IMG/VR virus record: IMGVR_UViG_3300033998_000166
Span: 1 to 34,701 of that record
DNA length: 34,701 nt
Origin: a virus
Reading direction: 5' to 3' (one strand)
The position numbers and the translations under genes are program-made. Below, one piece after another: positions 20,666 through 29,296 of the stretch. How positions within the stretch are numbered: the stretch's first letter is position 1; every line of letters begins with the position of its first letter. A model generated the notes under the pieces. It was given only the letters and a program-made list of their open reading frames with translations, searched no databases and had not been told where the DNA came from.

Positions 20666-20697
20666 AGTGCCTGGGATTCTGGGCACTTTCTTTTTTG
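20666..20697 (+). terminator. Rho-independent terminator in the late leader
   Basis: Stem AGTGCCTGG/CTGGGCACT with loop GATT, followed by TTCTTTTTT. Confidence 0.7.
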
Positions 20698-20768
20698 AAT
20701 GCAATTTACGGCGGCCCATCACGGGCGGGTGCAGCACCCCAGCATGAGAGGCCAGGGGTGAAGTAAGT

Positions 20769-21062
20769 ATGAAGCCTTGGGCGAAAAGCTTTTACAAAAG
20801 CAAGGCTTGGCGACAATGCAGAGATGCATTTTTTGCCAGTAGATATGGACTGTGTGAGAGATGTGGAAAACCAGGCGTGATAGTGCATCATAAAATCAAA
20901 CTCACACCGAGCAACATCAACGATCCAACTGTGACGCTGAATTGGAATAATCTAGAACTGCTTTGCCAGGATTGCCATAATAAAGAACATGGAGGATCAG
21001 TGACGGCTGATGGGTTGGAGTTTGATGAGAATGGTGATTTGATATACACCCCCCAGGGGTAA
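20769..21062 (+). CDS. HNH endonuclease (packaging-associated)
   Basis: CERCG...VHHK...NLELLCQDCHNKEH. It lies directly upstream of terS and terL. Confidence 0.85.
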   Translation: MKPWAKSFYKSKAWRQCRDAFFASRYGLCERCGKPGVIVHHKIKLTPSNINDPTVTLNWNNLELLCQDCHNKEHGGSVTADGLEFDENGDLIYTPQG

Positions 21063-21157
21063 AAATGCATATAGCCTATGGGGACCGGGCTGCGGGCCTT
21101 CGAAAACCCCGGAACGGATTTCGCGCACGACGGGGGTTCGGCAGGAGGTGACACAAA

Positions 21158-21508
21158 ATGGACAAAATTCAGAAAGATAAGCTGATTAAGAAGGAAATGC
21201 AGAAACTTAACAAATTTTTCAAAAACATACCGAAAGAAAAGCAAACGATGATTCAAGGATTGAAGGAACAAGCTGCCTTCATGTATGCTACGCTCGTTGA
21301 GCTCCAAGAAATCATGAACACCGAGGGTCCCGTAGAACTTTTTGAGCAGGGTAAACAGCGGCTAATCAGAGAGCATCCGGCCAGTAAGGTGTATAACGCA
21401 ATGATAAAGAACTACACCAGCGTAATAAAACAGCTTTTGGACCTTCTGCCGAAGGAAGATGCGAAACAACAAGAGGATGAATTGCTGGCATTCATCAAAA
21501 AGAAGTGA
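21158..21508 (+). CDS. terS: Terminase small subunit (P27 family-like)
   Basis: RBS is GGAGGTG. Size, position and the segment LIREHPASKVYNAMIKNYTSVIKQL are typical of P27-family TerS. Confidence 0.75.
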   Translation: MDKIQKDKLIKKEMQKLNKFFKNIPKEKQTMIQGLKEQAAFMYATLVELQEIMNTEGPVELFEQGKQRLIREHPASKVYNAMIKNYTSVIKQLLDLLPKEDAKQQEDELLAFIKKK

Positions 21509-21514
21509 TCTAAA

Positions 21515-23158
21515 ATGAACTGGATTCTTGAATACTGGAAGGAGATCGAGAATGGTAGCATAATCGTGTCGCAGAAGGTCCGCAAGATTTACGAGCGACT
21601 AGCAAAAGAAATTGAAAATCCAAAGGGCGATTGGGTATTTGACGAAGAAAAAGCCAATCGCCCTATTGAATTTATAGAGCGGTTCTGCAAACAGTCAAAA
21701 GGCGAGTGGATAGGGCAACCAGTTCGACTGCAATTATTCCAGAAGGCATATATATCGGCACTATTCGGTTTCGTGCATAAAGAAACTGGTTTGCGGCGGT
21801 TCAAAGAAACGCTTTTTCTGGTTGCGAGAAAGAATGGAAAAAGTACTCTGCTTTCCGGCATAGCTTTATACATGCTTATGGCTGACGGAGAAGGCGGCGC
21901 CGAAGTATACAGCGTTGCCACAAAAAAGGACCAGGCTAGAATTGTTTTCACAGAAGCAGTAAACATGGTAAAGCAATCACCAGCGTTATCCCGGCATCTG
22001 AAGAAACGAAAGACGGACCTATACATGCCGCTGACATTTTCAAAATTTGAACCGCTTGCCTCTGACAGCAACAGCTTGGATGGTTTAAACAGCCACTGCG
22101 TTATCATTGACGAATTGCATGCTATAAAGGACCGGAACCTATACGAAGTTATGAAACAGTCCATGAGTGCCCGCAGACAACCGTTGCTAGTGATGATTAC
22201 CACAGCTGGTACGGTCCGCGAATGTATCTATGATGACATGTATGATTACGCTTGCAAAGTCGCTGATGGCATTATCGAAGATGACCGATTCCTGCCGATA
22301 CTTTATGAATTAGATGACCGGTCAGAGTGGACAGACTGGCGCATGTGGATCAAGGCCAATCCGGGCCTTGGCACGATAAAGAAGATGGATGACCTTATTC
22401 AGAAAGTCGAAAGGGCCAAAAAGAATCCGAACGACCTGCCGGGTATATTATGCAAGGACTTCAACGTCCGGGATACGTCGGCGGGTAGTTGGCTGACTTT
22501 CGAAGAAATCAACAACGAAGAAACCTTTGACATTGAAGATCTGCGCGGCTGCTATGCGGTAGGAGGGGTTGACCTTTCCAGCACTACTGACTTGACTTGT
22601 GCAACACTGCTTATTATGAAACCTGACAGCGATAAAAAATATTGCATACAGCATTATTTTCTGCCTGAAGATTTACTCGAAAAGCGGGTCCAGGAAGATA
22701 AAATTCCTTACGACAAATGGCGGGACCGTGGCCTGCTTACCGTTTGTGTCGGCAATAAAGTAAACTACAAGGACGTTACCGCATGGTTTGAGAGCATGAT
22801 AGAAAAGTACGATATACGGCCATTGTGGGTAGGGTACGACCCCTGGAACGCGCAGTATTGGGTTGAAGAAATGGAAGCTAAGGGATTCGTTATGGAAGAA
22901 GTCCGGCAGGGATATAAAACTCTGTCGCAACCGATGAAAGAGCTAGAAGCTGACCTGAAGGCCCATAAGATAAATTATAACAATAACCCAATCCTGAAAT
23001 GGTGCCTAACGAACACCACAGTCAAGCGAGATGAAAACGATAACATCCGGCCTGTGAAGGGCCAGAACCAGCGACAGCGAATTGACGGCATGGTTTCGCT
23101 GCTAATTGCTTATGTAGTGCTTCATAATCACCTTTCTGACTACCAAGCATTGATTTAA
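21515..23158 (+). CDS. terL: Terminase large subunit
   Basis: Walker A-like VARKNGKSTL. Walker B-like VIIDELH. C-terminal nuclease region. Size and position fit. Confidence 0.9.
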   Translation: MNWILEYWKEIENGSIIVSQKVRKIYERLAKEIENPKGDWVFDEEKANRPIEFIERFCKQSKGEWIGQPVRLQLFQKAYISALFGFVHKETGLRRFKETLFLVARKNGKSTLLSGIALYMLMADGEGGAEVYSVATKKDQARIVFTEAVNMVKQSPALSRHLKKRKTDLYMPLTFSKFEPLASDSNSLDGLNSHCVIIDELHAIKDRNLYEVMKQSMSARRQPLLVMITTAGTVRECIYDDMYDYACKVADGIIEDDRFLPILYELDDRSEWTDWRMWIKANPGLGTIKKMDDLIQKVERAKKNPNDLPGILCKDFNVRDTSAGSWLTFEEINNEETFDIEDLRGCYAVGGVDLSSTTDLTCATLLIMKPDSDKKYCIQHYFLPEDLLEKRVQEDKIPYDKWRDRGLLTVCVGNKVNYKDVTAWFESMIEKYDIRPLWVGYDPWNAQYWVEEMEAKGFVMEEVRQGYKTLSQPMKELEADLKAHKINYNNNPILKWCLTNTTVKRDENDNIRPVKGQNQRQRIDGMVSLLIAYVVLHNHLSDYQALI

Positions 23159-23171
23159 AGGAGGTGATGAA

Positions 23172-24368
23172 GTGGCTGAAAGACGGAGCTTATTACAAAA
23201 AATTTTCGGAGCGATCAGAGAAAGAACGACATTATCACGGTTGCAAATACTTTCTGGTTATACTCCCGTATTTACGCCGTGGAGCGGCAACCCGTACGAA
23301 GCTGATGTTGTCCGAGCTGCTGTGGATGCTATCGCTAGGAATGCCGCGAAATTAAAGGCAAAGCATATCAGGAGAGTAGACGGCCAGATAATTCCCGTAG
23401 GCGGCCAGATTGAGCGATTGCTGCAAATAAGACCCAACCCGCTAATGAGTGCCTACGATTTCCTCTACAAACTTGTCACTACTCTCCTGATAGATAACAA
23501 CGCTTTCGCATATCCTGTGTGGGAAGGACCGAATTTGGTCGCGATCTGGCCGATTAATTGCACGGCGGCGGAATTCCTTGAGGATGACAGCGGGATGGTT
23601 TTTGTGAAGTTTCATTTCGGCGGGGCCCAGTCTGTTATATTGCCTTATGATGAGGTAATTCACTTACGACGTCACTTTTACAAAAATGACCTGACTGGGG
23701 AAACAAACACGCCGATTAATTCAACCTTGGAAGCCATCCACACTGCTAATGAAGGCATAGCGCAGGCAGTAAAAACATCTGCACATCTCCGCGGTATTCT
23801 CAAATACGCGGGGATGTTGAAGGAATCCGACATAAAGGCCAACCGCGACCGATTTGTCGCAGAATATTTGTCTGTCCAGAACAACGGCGGTGTGGCCGCA
23901 TTAGACGGCAAAGCTGATTATATCGAGCTTAAGAATCAGCCTATGATGGTAAACGCCCCGCAGATGAAGGAACTTCGAGATGCTATATTCAGGTATTATG
24001 GTGTAAACGAGAACATCGTAATGGGCAAATACACCGAAGATGAATGGAATGCCTTCTATGAAAGCACAATTGAACCCCTGGCCGTGCAGATGAGCCTGGA
24101 ATTTACCAGCAAGCTGTTTACTGAGCGGGAGCGAGGTTTTGGTAATGAAATCATATTTGAGGCTAACCGCTTGCAATATGCGAGTGTGAGCACAAAACTA
24201 GCATTGCGGGAAATGGTAGACCGTGGCGCTCTCACCCCGAACGAATGGCGAGAAGCCTTCAACCTTGCGCCGGTGGAGGGTGGAGATAGGCCGATAAGAC
24301 GACTTGACACCAGACCGACTGACGAAACGGACCAAGGCGGTGATGATAATGCCAATGCCGACTCCTAA
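23172..24368 (+). CDS. Portal protein (HK97 family)
   Basis: GTG follows AGGAGGTG. The segment RAAVDAIARNAAKLK, the length and the position fit. Confidence 0.85.
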   Translation: MAERRSLLQKIFGAIRERTTLSRLQILSGYTPVFTPWSGNPYEADVVRAAVDAIARNAAKLKAKHIRRVDGQIIPVGGQIERLLQIRPNPLMSAYDFLYKLVTTLLIDNNAFAYPVWEGPNLVAIWPINCTAAEFLEDDSGMVFVKFHFGGAQSVILPYDEVIHLRRHFYKNDLTGETNTPINSTLEAIHTANEGIAQAVKTSAHLRGILKYAGMLKESDIKANRDRFVAEYLSVQNNGGVAALDGKADYIELKNQPMMVNAPQMKELRDAIFRYYGVNENIVMGKYTEDEWNAFYESTIEPLAVQMSLEFTSKLFTERERGFGNEIIFEANRLQYASVSTKLALREMVDRGALTPNEWREAFNLAPVEGGDRPIRRLDTRPTDETDQGGDDNANADS

Positions 24369-25089
24369 AAGCGACGAAACCAAAGATGAATTTATAAAAC
24401 GCTGCATGACCGATGAGGTCATGCTTGGAGAATTTCCCGACGAAAAACAGCGATATGCTGTTTGCTTATCTCAGTACCAAAAGGGAGGTGAGAAAAAATT
24501 GGCAGTGGTGACAAGAGAAATCAGAATGGCCGAGATAAGGGCCTTAGAGCCTGAGAATGAAAATGAAATGATAGTCGAGGGTAGGGCGATCGTCTATGAT
24601 AAACCCACCCTGATGTATGAAATTGATGGGCGCAAGTATTATGAGGTAATTGTCAAAGGTGCGTTGGATGGCGCTGACCTTCGGGATGTGCCATTCAAGT
24701 ATAACCACTCTGACAGTGTTATGGTAATGGCACGCACCAGGAACAAAACCCTAGAGCTTATCCCTGATGATGAAGGCCTTCTGATACGTGCAAAACTAGC
24801 AAACACTACGGCTGGTAGAGACCTGTATGAGCTGATAAAGCGAGGCGACATCGACAAGATGAGCTTCGCCTTTACTGTTGCTGAGGAAGCCTATGACAAA
24901 GAAACCCGCACCAGGAAGATATTACGATTCAAGCGCATTTGGGATGTGTCGGCGGTGGATACCCCGGCATACCCTGATACTTATATAGCCGCTCGTGCTT
25001 ACTTCGAGGCGCTGGCGGAGGCCGAGCGCCGGGCAGCGGAGGCTGCTGAAGAATTGCGGAAGCGGCTAATAGCAAGAACATATCTATAA
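24343..25089 (+). CDS. Prohead protease (HK97/S78-type) with an N-terminal conserved extension
   Basis: The in-frame ATG 24343 is preferred. The N-terminus reads PTPKSDETKDEFIKRCM..EFPDEKQRYAVCLSQY. The protease core follows. The gene lies between portal and capsid. Confidence 0.8.
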   Translation: MIMPMPTPKSDETKDEFIKRCMTDEVMLGEFPDEKQRYAVCLSQYQKGGEKKLAVVTREIRMAEIRALEPENENEMIVEGRAIVYDKPTLMYEIDGRKYYEVIVKGALDGADLRDVPFKYNHSDSVMVMARTRNKTLELIPDDEGLLIRAKLANTTAGRDLYELIKRGDIDKMSFAFTVAEEAYDKETRTRKILRFKRIWDVSAVDTPAYPDTYIAARAYFEALAEAERRAAEAAEELRKRLIARTYL

Positions 25090-25104
25090 AGGAGGAAGAA
25101 GATT

Positions 25105-26262
25105 ATGAACATCGAAAAACGTTTAGCCGAAATAAAAGAGCGCAAGGTAGAAATCCGTAAACTGCTGGAAAGCGGAGAAAAAGTTGACCTCGAAAAGATT
25201 AATGAGGAGCTCAGGCAGTTAGAAGAGGAAGAAAAAGAGCTCCGCAGAAGGTTAGAAATTGCGCAGGGGATTCAGGATGGGACTGTGCAGGCCAGGACCA
25301 TTTCTGTAATAGGGCAGGCCGAAAAGAGGGACAAAACCATCGAGGAAATTCTTGCGAGTCCCGAATACCGGAGCGCATACCTGAAGAGGTTGCAGGGTAA
25401 AGAACTGACCGAAGCTGAAAAACGTGCATTGACAACCGCGAGCAATAGCGCCGGTGCTGCGGTGCCTACTCGGACCTTGAACATGATAATCGATAAGATG
25501 CGTCAGACCAGTGCCCTGTTCCCCAGGATAAATGTTTCTTACGTGCCTGGCAATTTATCTATCGTGGTGGCCAACGCCAAAAATGCGGCTACATGGAAAT
25601 CTGAAGGCGTCGACGGTACTCCTGCCGACGATACTGTTGTAAGCATCCAGCTGACCGGTTACGAACTGATTAAACTGGTAGAAATGTCTGCGGCAGCTGA
25701 AGCAATGACAATTGACGCCTTCGAGCAGTATATTACTTCTGAAATCGGCCGTCAGATGGCGATTGCCGTGGAAAATGCTATTCTGAACGGCTCCGGAACC
25801 GGGGAGCCCACTGGCATCCTGACCGGCATTACCTGGGATACTACGAACTCTCATTCCTATGCTACTGCCATTAGTTACGATGACATTGTAGATGGCCTTG
25901 CATTGCTTCCGACAATGTATCACAACAATGCGGTATTTGTTATGAACCGCAAGATGCTGTTCAGCGGCATCCGGAAGATAAAAGCCCAGGACGGTCAGCC
26001 GATCTTTACCTACAACCCGCAGGATCGGGCAGCTATGACTATACTGGGCTATCCGGTCATACTCGATGACTACATGCCCGATGACACCATCCTGCTGGGT
26101 GACCTCAGCTACTACTACATGAACTTTGCTAAGGCGCCCACCATAGACGTATCCAGAGAAGCGGGCTTCAAGTCTGGCAAGGTAACATACAGAGGATTGG
26201 CGGTTGCCGATGGCAAACCCGCTTTGGCAGAGGCATTTGTGAAGATATACAAGAGCGCTTAA
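25105..26262 (+). CDS. Major capsid protein (HK97 fold) with a coiled-coil delta domain
   Basis: RBS is AAGGAGGAAG. There is an N-terminal EEL-rich coiled coil. Size and position fit. Confidence 0.9.
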   Translation: MNIEKRLAEIKERKVEIRKLLESGEKVDLEKINEELRQLEEEEKELRRRLEIAQGIQDGTVQARTISVIGQAEKRDKTIEEILASPEYRSAYLKRLQGKELTEAEKRALTTASNSAGAAVPTRTLNMIIDKMRQTSALFPRINVSYVPGNLSIVVANAKNAATWKSEGVDGTPADDTVVSIQLTGYELIKLVEMSAAAEAMTIDAFEQYITSEIGRQMAIAVENAILNGSGTGEPTGILTGITWDTTNSHSYATAISYDDIVDGLALLPTMYHNNAVFVMNRKMLFSGIRKIKAQDGQPIFTYNPQDRAAMTILGYPVILDDYMPDDTILLGDLSYYYMNFAKAPTIDVSREAGFKSGKVTYRGLAVADGKPALAEAFVKIYKSA

Positions 26263-26270
26263 TAAAGGTT

Positions 26271-26297
26271 AATGGGCAGGGATAACTCCTGCCCATT
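26271..26297 (+). promoter_or_regulatory. Perfect 10-bp hairpin after the capsid gene
   Basis: AATGGGCAGG, a 7-nt loop, then CCTGCCCATT. There is no T-tract, so it may be a partial terminator or mRNA stabiliser. Confidence 0.5.
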
Positions 26298-26316
26298 GGC
26301 TTTAAGGTGGTGATTT

Positions 26317-26607
26317 TTGATGGCGATACTTGATGATGTAAAAATTGCTCTTCGCGTGACTAACACGGCATTTGATAGTGAAATTTTAGACCTTATTGAT
26401 GCCGCCCGGCAAGATTTAATTCTGTCGGGCGTTACCACTTTAAAAGCAAATGATGACACTGATCCATTGATAAAACGAGCTATCATTACCTATTGCAAAG
26501 CTAATTTTGGCTTTGACAACCCTGATGCCGACCGCCTACAAAAAAGCTACGATATGCTTAAAATGCACCTGTCATTATCGACAGAGTATACCGAGGCGGT
26601 GGAATAA
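26317..26607 (+). CDS. Head-tail connector protein (gp6-like)
   Basis: The N-terminus LDDVKIALRVTNTAFDSEILDLIDAARQDL is typical of this family. Confidence 0.75.
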   Translation: MMAILDDVKIALRVTNTAFDSEILDLIDAARQDLILSGVTTLKANDDTDPLIKRAIITYCKANFGFDNPDADRLQKSYDMLKMHLSLSTEYTEAVE

Positions 26608-26933
26608 TGCGCTTTAAAGATGTAATCTACCTAATAAGCGTTACTGTTCCGAAGGACGAAAATGGCCATCCTGCCACAGACGAAAACGGCAATCCGATTG
26701 AAATTCTTACGGAACGCATGGTATTTGCCAATGAATATAGTATTTCATCCAACGAATATTACAACGCTGCCATGACCGGCTTACGACCCGCTAAACAATT
26801 TGAGATATACAGCTTCGAATATCAGGGCGAAGACCGGTTAAAACACAACGGCATAATATACCGCATTATTCGAGCAGAAACCCGGGGCGAAAAAACCCGA
26901 CTGACCTGCGAAAGGGTGGCCGCTGATGGTTGA
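26607..26933 (+). CDS. Head closure / head-tail adaptor protein
   Basis: Position, size, and a TAATG overlap with the upstream gene. Confidence 0.65.
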   Translation: MRFKDVIYLISVTVPKDENGHPATDENGNPIEILTERMVFANEYSISSNEYYNAAMTGLRPAKQFEIYSFEYQGEDRLKHNGIIYRIIRAETRGEKTRLTCERVAADG

Positions 26934-27312
26934 TGTGCCGATAGACAGACTAGCTGACGAGATTACAAAGGCCATCCAGGAATATACCGAAGATGTGGCA
27001 AAAGCTATCGAGAAAAAAGTAGATGAAGTTGCTGAACAGGTTCTTCAAGAGACGAAAAATCTTGCACCGAAGCGGACCGGCGAATACGCCAGCACTTTTG
27101 TAAAGACAAAACAGGATGAATATGGTAAGACTCGACGGGTGATCTGGAACAAAAAGCATTACCGCCGGGTTCATTTGCTTGAATTCGGCCATGCCAAAGT
27201 GAACGGCGGCAGAGTAGATGCTATTCCGCATCTACGACCGGCTTATGAAAAATATGCGATTGAATTGCCGGACCACATTAAGCGGATTATCCGGAATGGA
27301 GGGGGAGAATGA
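26926..27312 (+). CDS. HK97 gp10-family tail-attachment protein
   Basis: AKAIEKKVDEVAEQVLQETKNLAPKRTGEY pattern. Position fits. Confidence 0.7.
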   Translation: MVDVPIDRLADEITKAIQEYTEDVAKAIEKKVDEVAEQVLQETKNLAPKRTGEYASTFVKTKQDEYGKTRRVIWNKKHYRRVHLLEFGHAKVNGGRVDAIPHLRPAYEKYAIELPDHIKRIIRNGGGE

Positions 27313-27629
27313 CGCAAGCAGAACTTATACAGGCTCTAAAAAGTCTAGGCATGCCTGTGGCCTACAGCGAATTTACATCTCCCCAGACACCGCCGTTTAT
27401 TTGTTGTCAGCACGTTTATTCCAGGGACATTATGGCCGACAATCAGAACTATGTTGAAGTAGGCTTTTATCAGATTGAACTGTATACCTCTAAAAAAGAC
27501 CCTGCTGTAGAGAAATTAGTGCAGGATAAACTAAAAGAATTAAAATTACCCTATTCCAAAATTGAAACTTGGCTGGACGATGATAAAGTTTTTCAGGTAA
27601 TTTATGAAGTCCAATTGATTGGAGGTTGA
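27309..27629 (+). CDS. Tail completion / terminator protein (putative)
   Basis: It lies immediately upstream of the major tail protein and has an ATGA overlap with the upstream gene. Confidence 0.55.
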   Translation: MTQAELIQALKSLGMPVAYSEFTSPQTPPFICCQHVYSRDIMADNQNYVEVGFYQIELYTSKKDPAVEKLVQDKLKELKLPYSKIETWLDDDKVFQVIYEVQLIGG

Positions 27630-27633
27630 GAAT

Positions 27634-28215
27634 ATGCCGAATAAAGTGACCTTCGGCCTCGAACAGGTCCATATAGCCTTTATGGAAACCTCTTCGCCGA
27701 CGCAACCAGCATGGAAAACTCCTGTCAAAATACCTGGCGCAGTGAGGTTCACACCTACTCCTCAGGGCGAAGAGAGTACATTTTACGCCGATAATGGGCC
27801 TTACTTCACGGTAACGTCGAATAATGGCTATACCGCTGAACTTGAAATGGCTCTTATCCCTGATGACATTTTGGCTGAAATGTTAGGATGGGAGATTGAC
27901 AGCAATGGCATGTTAGTGGAAATAGCAGACGGAGAGCCCAAAGAATTTGCCCTAATGGGGCAGGTCCAGGGCGACCAGAAGAACCGGCGCTTTGTTTACT
28001 ATCGTTGCAAAGCTTCAAGACCGGCGAAGGAACATACCACCAAGGGCGAAACAACGACACCAAATACTGATGTGTTAACGCTTACTATCCTGCCCATTGA
28101 AGTAAACGGCAAGAAGATAGTCAAGGGTGTCATTGAGCTTAACGACACCAATCAGGCTGTATATGATTCTTTCTTCGATGCTGTAACTTTGCCGACATTT
28201 GGAGGAGGGTCTTAA
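27634..28215 (+). CDS. Major tail protein (phi13-family-like)
   Basis: ATG 27634 follows GGAGG. The N-terminus reads MPNKVTFGLEQVHIA. Size and position fit. Confidence 0.8.
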   Translation: MPNKVTFGLEQVHIAFMETSSPTQPAWKTPVKIPGAVRFTPTPQGEESTFYADNGPYFTVTSNNGYTAELEMALIPDDILAEMLGWEIDSNGMLVEIADGEPKEFALMGQVQGDQKNRRFVYYRCKASRPAKEHTTKGETTTPNTDVLTLTILPIEVNGKKIVKGVIELNDTNQAVYDSFFDAVTLPTFGGGS

Positions 28216-28557
28216 TTGAGAGAAATAAAGATAGGTGGGAAAGAAATACGGGTCAAGGCATCGCCCTTGACCCTTCTCTTTTATAAGCAGGAATTCAAAT
28301 CCGACATGATCGGCGATATTCTAAAGCTCCATGCCGTCCAAAAGAATCCTGCGGAGTTGGATTCGCTGATATTCTTACAAATCATTTGGGCAATGAACAA
28401 AGCGGCAGAGTATGGAAAGGACTTTCCGAGCTTCCCGAAATGGCTTAAAACCCTGGATGCTTTCGACATAAGCGATACAGACATGCTGAAAGCAGTCTTT
28501 GAAGAAGCCGCGAAGGGTTTTTTTCGTAGGGGAGCGATGCGAAAGCGGCGCAGCTAA
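28216..28557 (+). CDS. Tail assembly chaperone (short form)
   Basis: TTG start. It lies between the major tail protein and the tape measure, and an overlapping downstream frame is present. Confidence 0.75.
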   Translation: MREIKIGGKEIRVKASPLTLLFYKQEFKSDMIGDILKLHAVQKNPAELDSLIFLQIIWAMNKAAEYGKDFPSFPKWLKTLDAFDISDTDMLKAVFEEAAKGFFRRGAMRKRRS

Positions 28558-28747
28558 ACATGAAGTAGATACCGATTTTGCGCTGGAATTGTTGGTGTTG
28601 GGCAAGAAATGCGGCCTGTCGCTGGTGGAGATGAACGAATTTCGGGTTCGTGACTTGCTCGATTTTGTGGAGATATACACCGGAGCAAAAGAAAAAAGGC
28701 CGCGTATGGCGACCCAAGAGGACATAGATGCATTTTTCAGTATGTGA
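28216..28747 (+). CDS. Tail assembly chaperone, frameshift-extended form (putative +1 or -2 shift at 28516-28525)
   Basis: The downstream frame (28490-28747) is +1 relative to the chaperone frame. A G3T7C tract lies in the 68-nt overlap window. The -1 frame meets TAG at 28527. Confidence 0.5.
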
Positions 28748-29219
28748 TGGTTTTGATTAGCTCTGCACGGGTTATTCCACCCACTTTTTTCGCCAGCGGC
28801 CCTGTAATATTTTCCCCTGCTTCTCCATACATTGAAATTATTTCAGCCGGCTGTTTAGATTCCTCAGGCATAATTGTTTGAAAGCCTGCCCATACTTCCA
28901 ATTCGCCTTTTGGTATGTTTTCGAGGGAAATGGAGGCTTGCCACTGGCCGTTTTCAACCTTTGCAGCGCCTTCTTGTGTGTTTTCAGGGTGATCTTTCGG
29001 CATAACCTGCCAGGCGATCATTGCGCCATCGGGCAAATTTGTTTGACCCGACAGTTTTAACGTAGAGCCTTCAATGATAGGCTCGAAGGATAATTCGACG
29101 GCTGGCGGTTTTGCCGCAGGATTGTTTTCAACTGTAGGTGTTTTATTTGAATCACTAGAGCTACAAGCTGTTAGTAACACCATAATTGCTACTAACAGTA
29201 GTAAATATAGTCTTTTCAT
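28737..29219 (-). CDS. Lipoprotein encoded antisense within the tail module
   Basis: ATG follows GGGAGGG. The signal peptide and lipobox read MKRLYLLLLVAIMVLLTAC, followed by a Ser/Pro-rich linker. The ORF-track start at 29270 is an upstream extension. Confidence 0.75.
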   Translation of the reverse strand: MKRLYLLLLVAIMVLLTACSSSDSNKTPTVENNPAAKPPAVELSFEPIIEGSTLKLSGQTNLPDGAMIAWQVMPKDHPENTQEGAAKVENGQWQASISLENIPKGELEVWAGFQTIMPEESKQPAEIISMYGEAGENITGPLAKKVGGITRAELIKTITY

Positions 29220-29296
29220 CACGTATCCCTCCCTTGAAGTATTATTTACTTCTTTTCTTTTTCTATACAAAATTGTTTTTCCCTGCTTTAAAGGGG

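Noticed and set aside
21063-21157. Calling a cos site in the GC-rich HNH-terS spacer
   Set aside because: The position is plausible for HNH-dependent cos phages. However, nothing in the sequence itself defines the cohesive ends, so it is left uncalled.
21589-22203. 204-aa antisense ORF within terL
   Set aside because: It lies opposite a strongly supported terminase gene and has no RBS or recognisable motif.
28513-28530. Canonical -1 frameshift at the G GGT TTT heptamer
   Set aside because: The -1 frame terminates at TAG 28527 after three codons. The long downstream ORF is in the +1 frame.
29186-29296. ORF-track start of the tape measure at 29186
   Set aside because: That extension is antisense to the lipoprotein signal peptide and crosses its promoter. 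The conserved tape measure N-terminus (AETIKGI...) begins near 29297.
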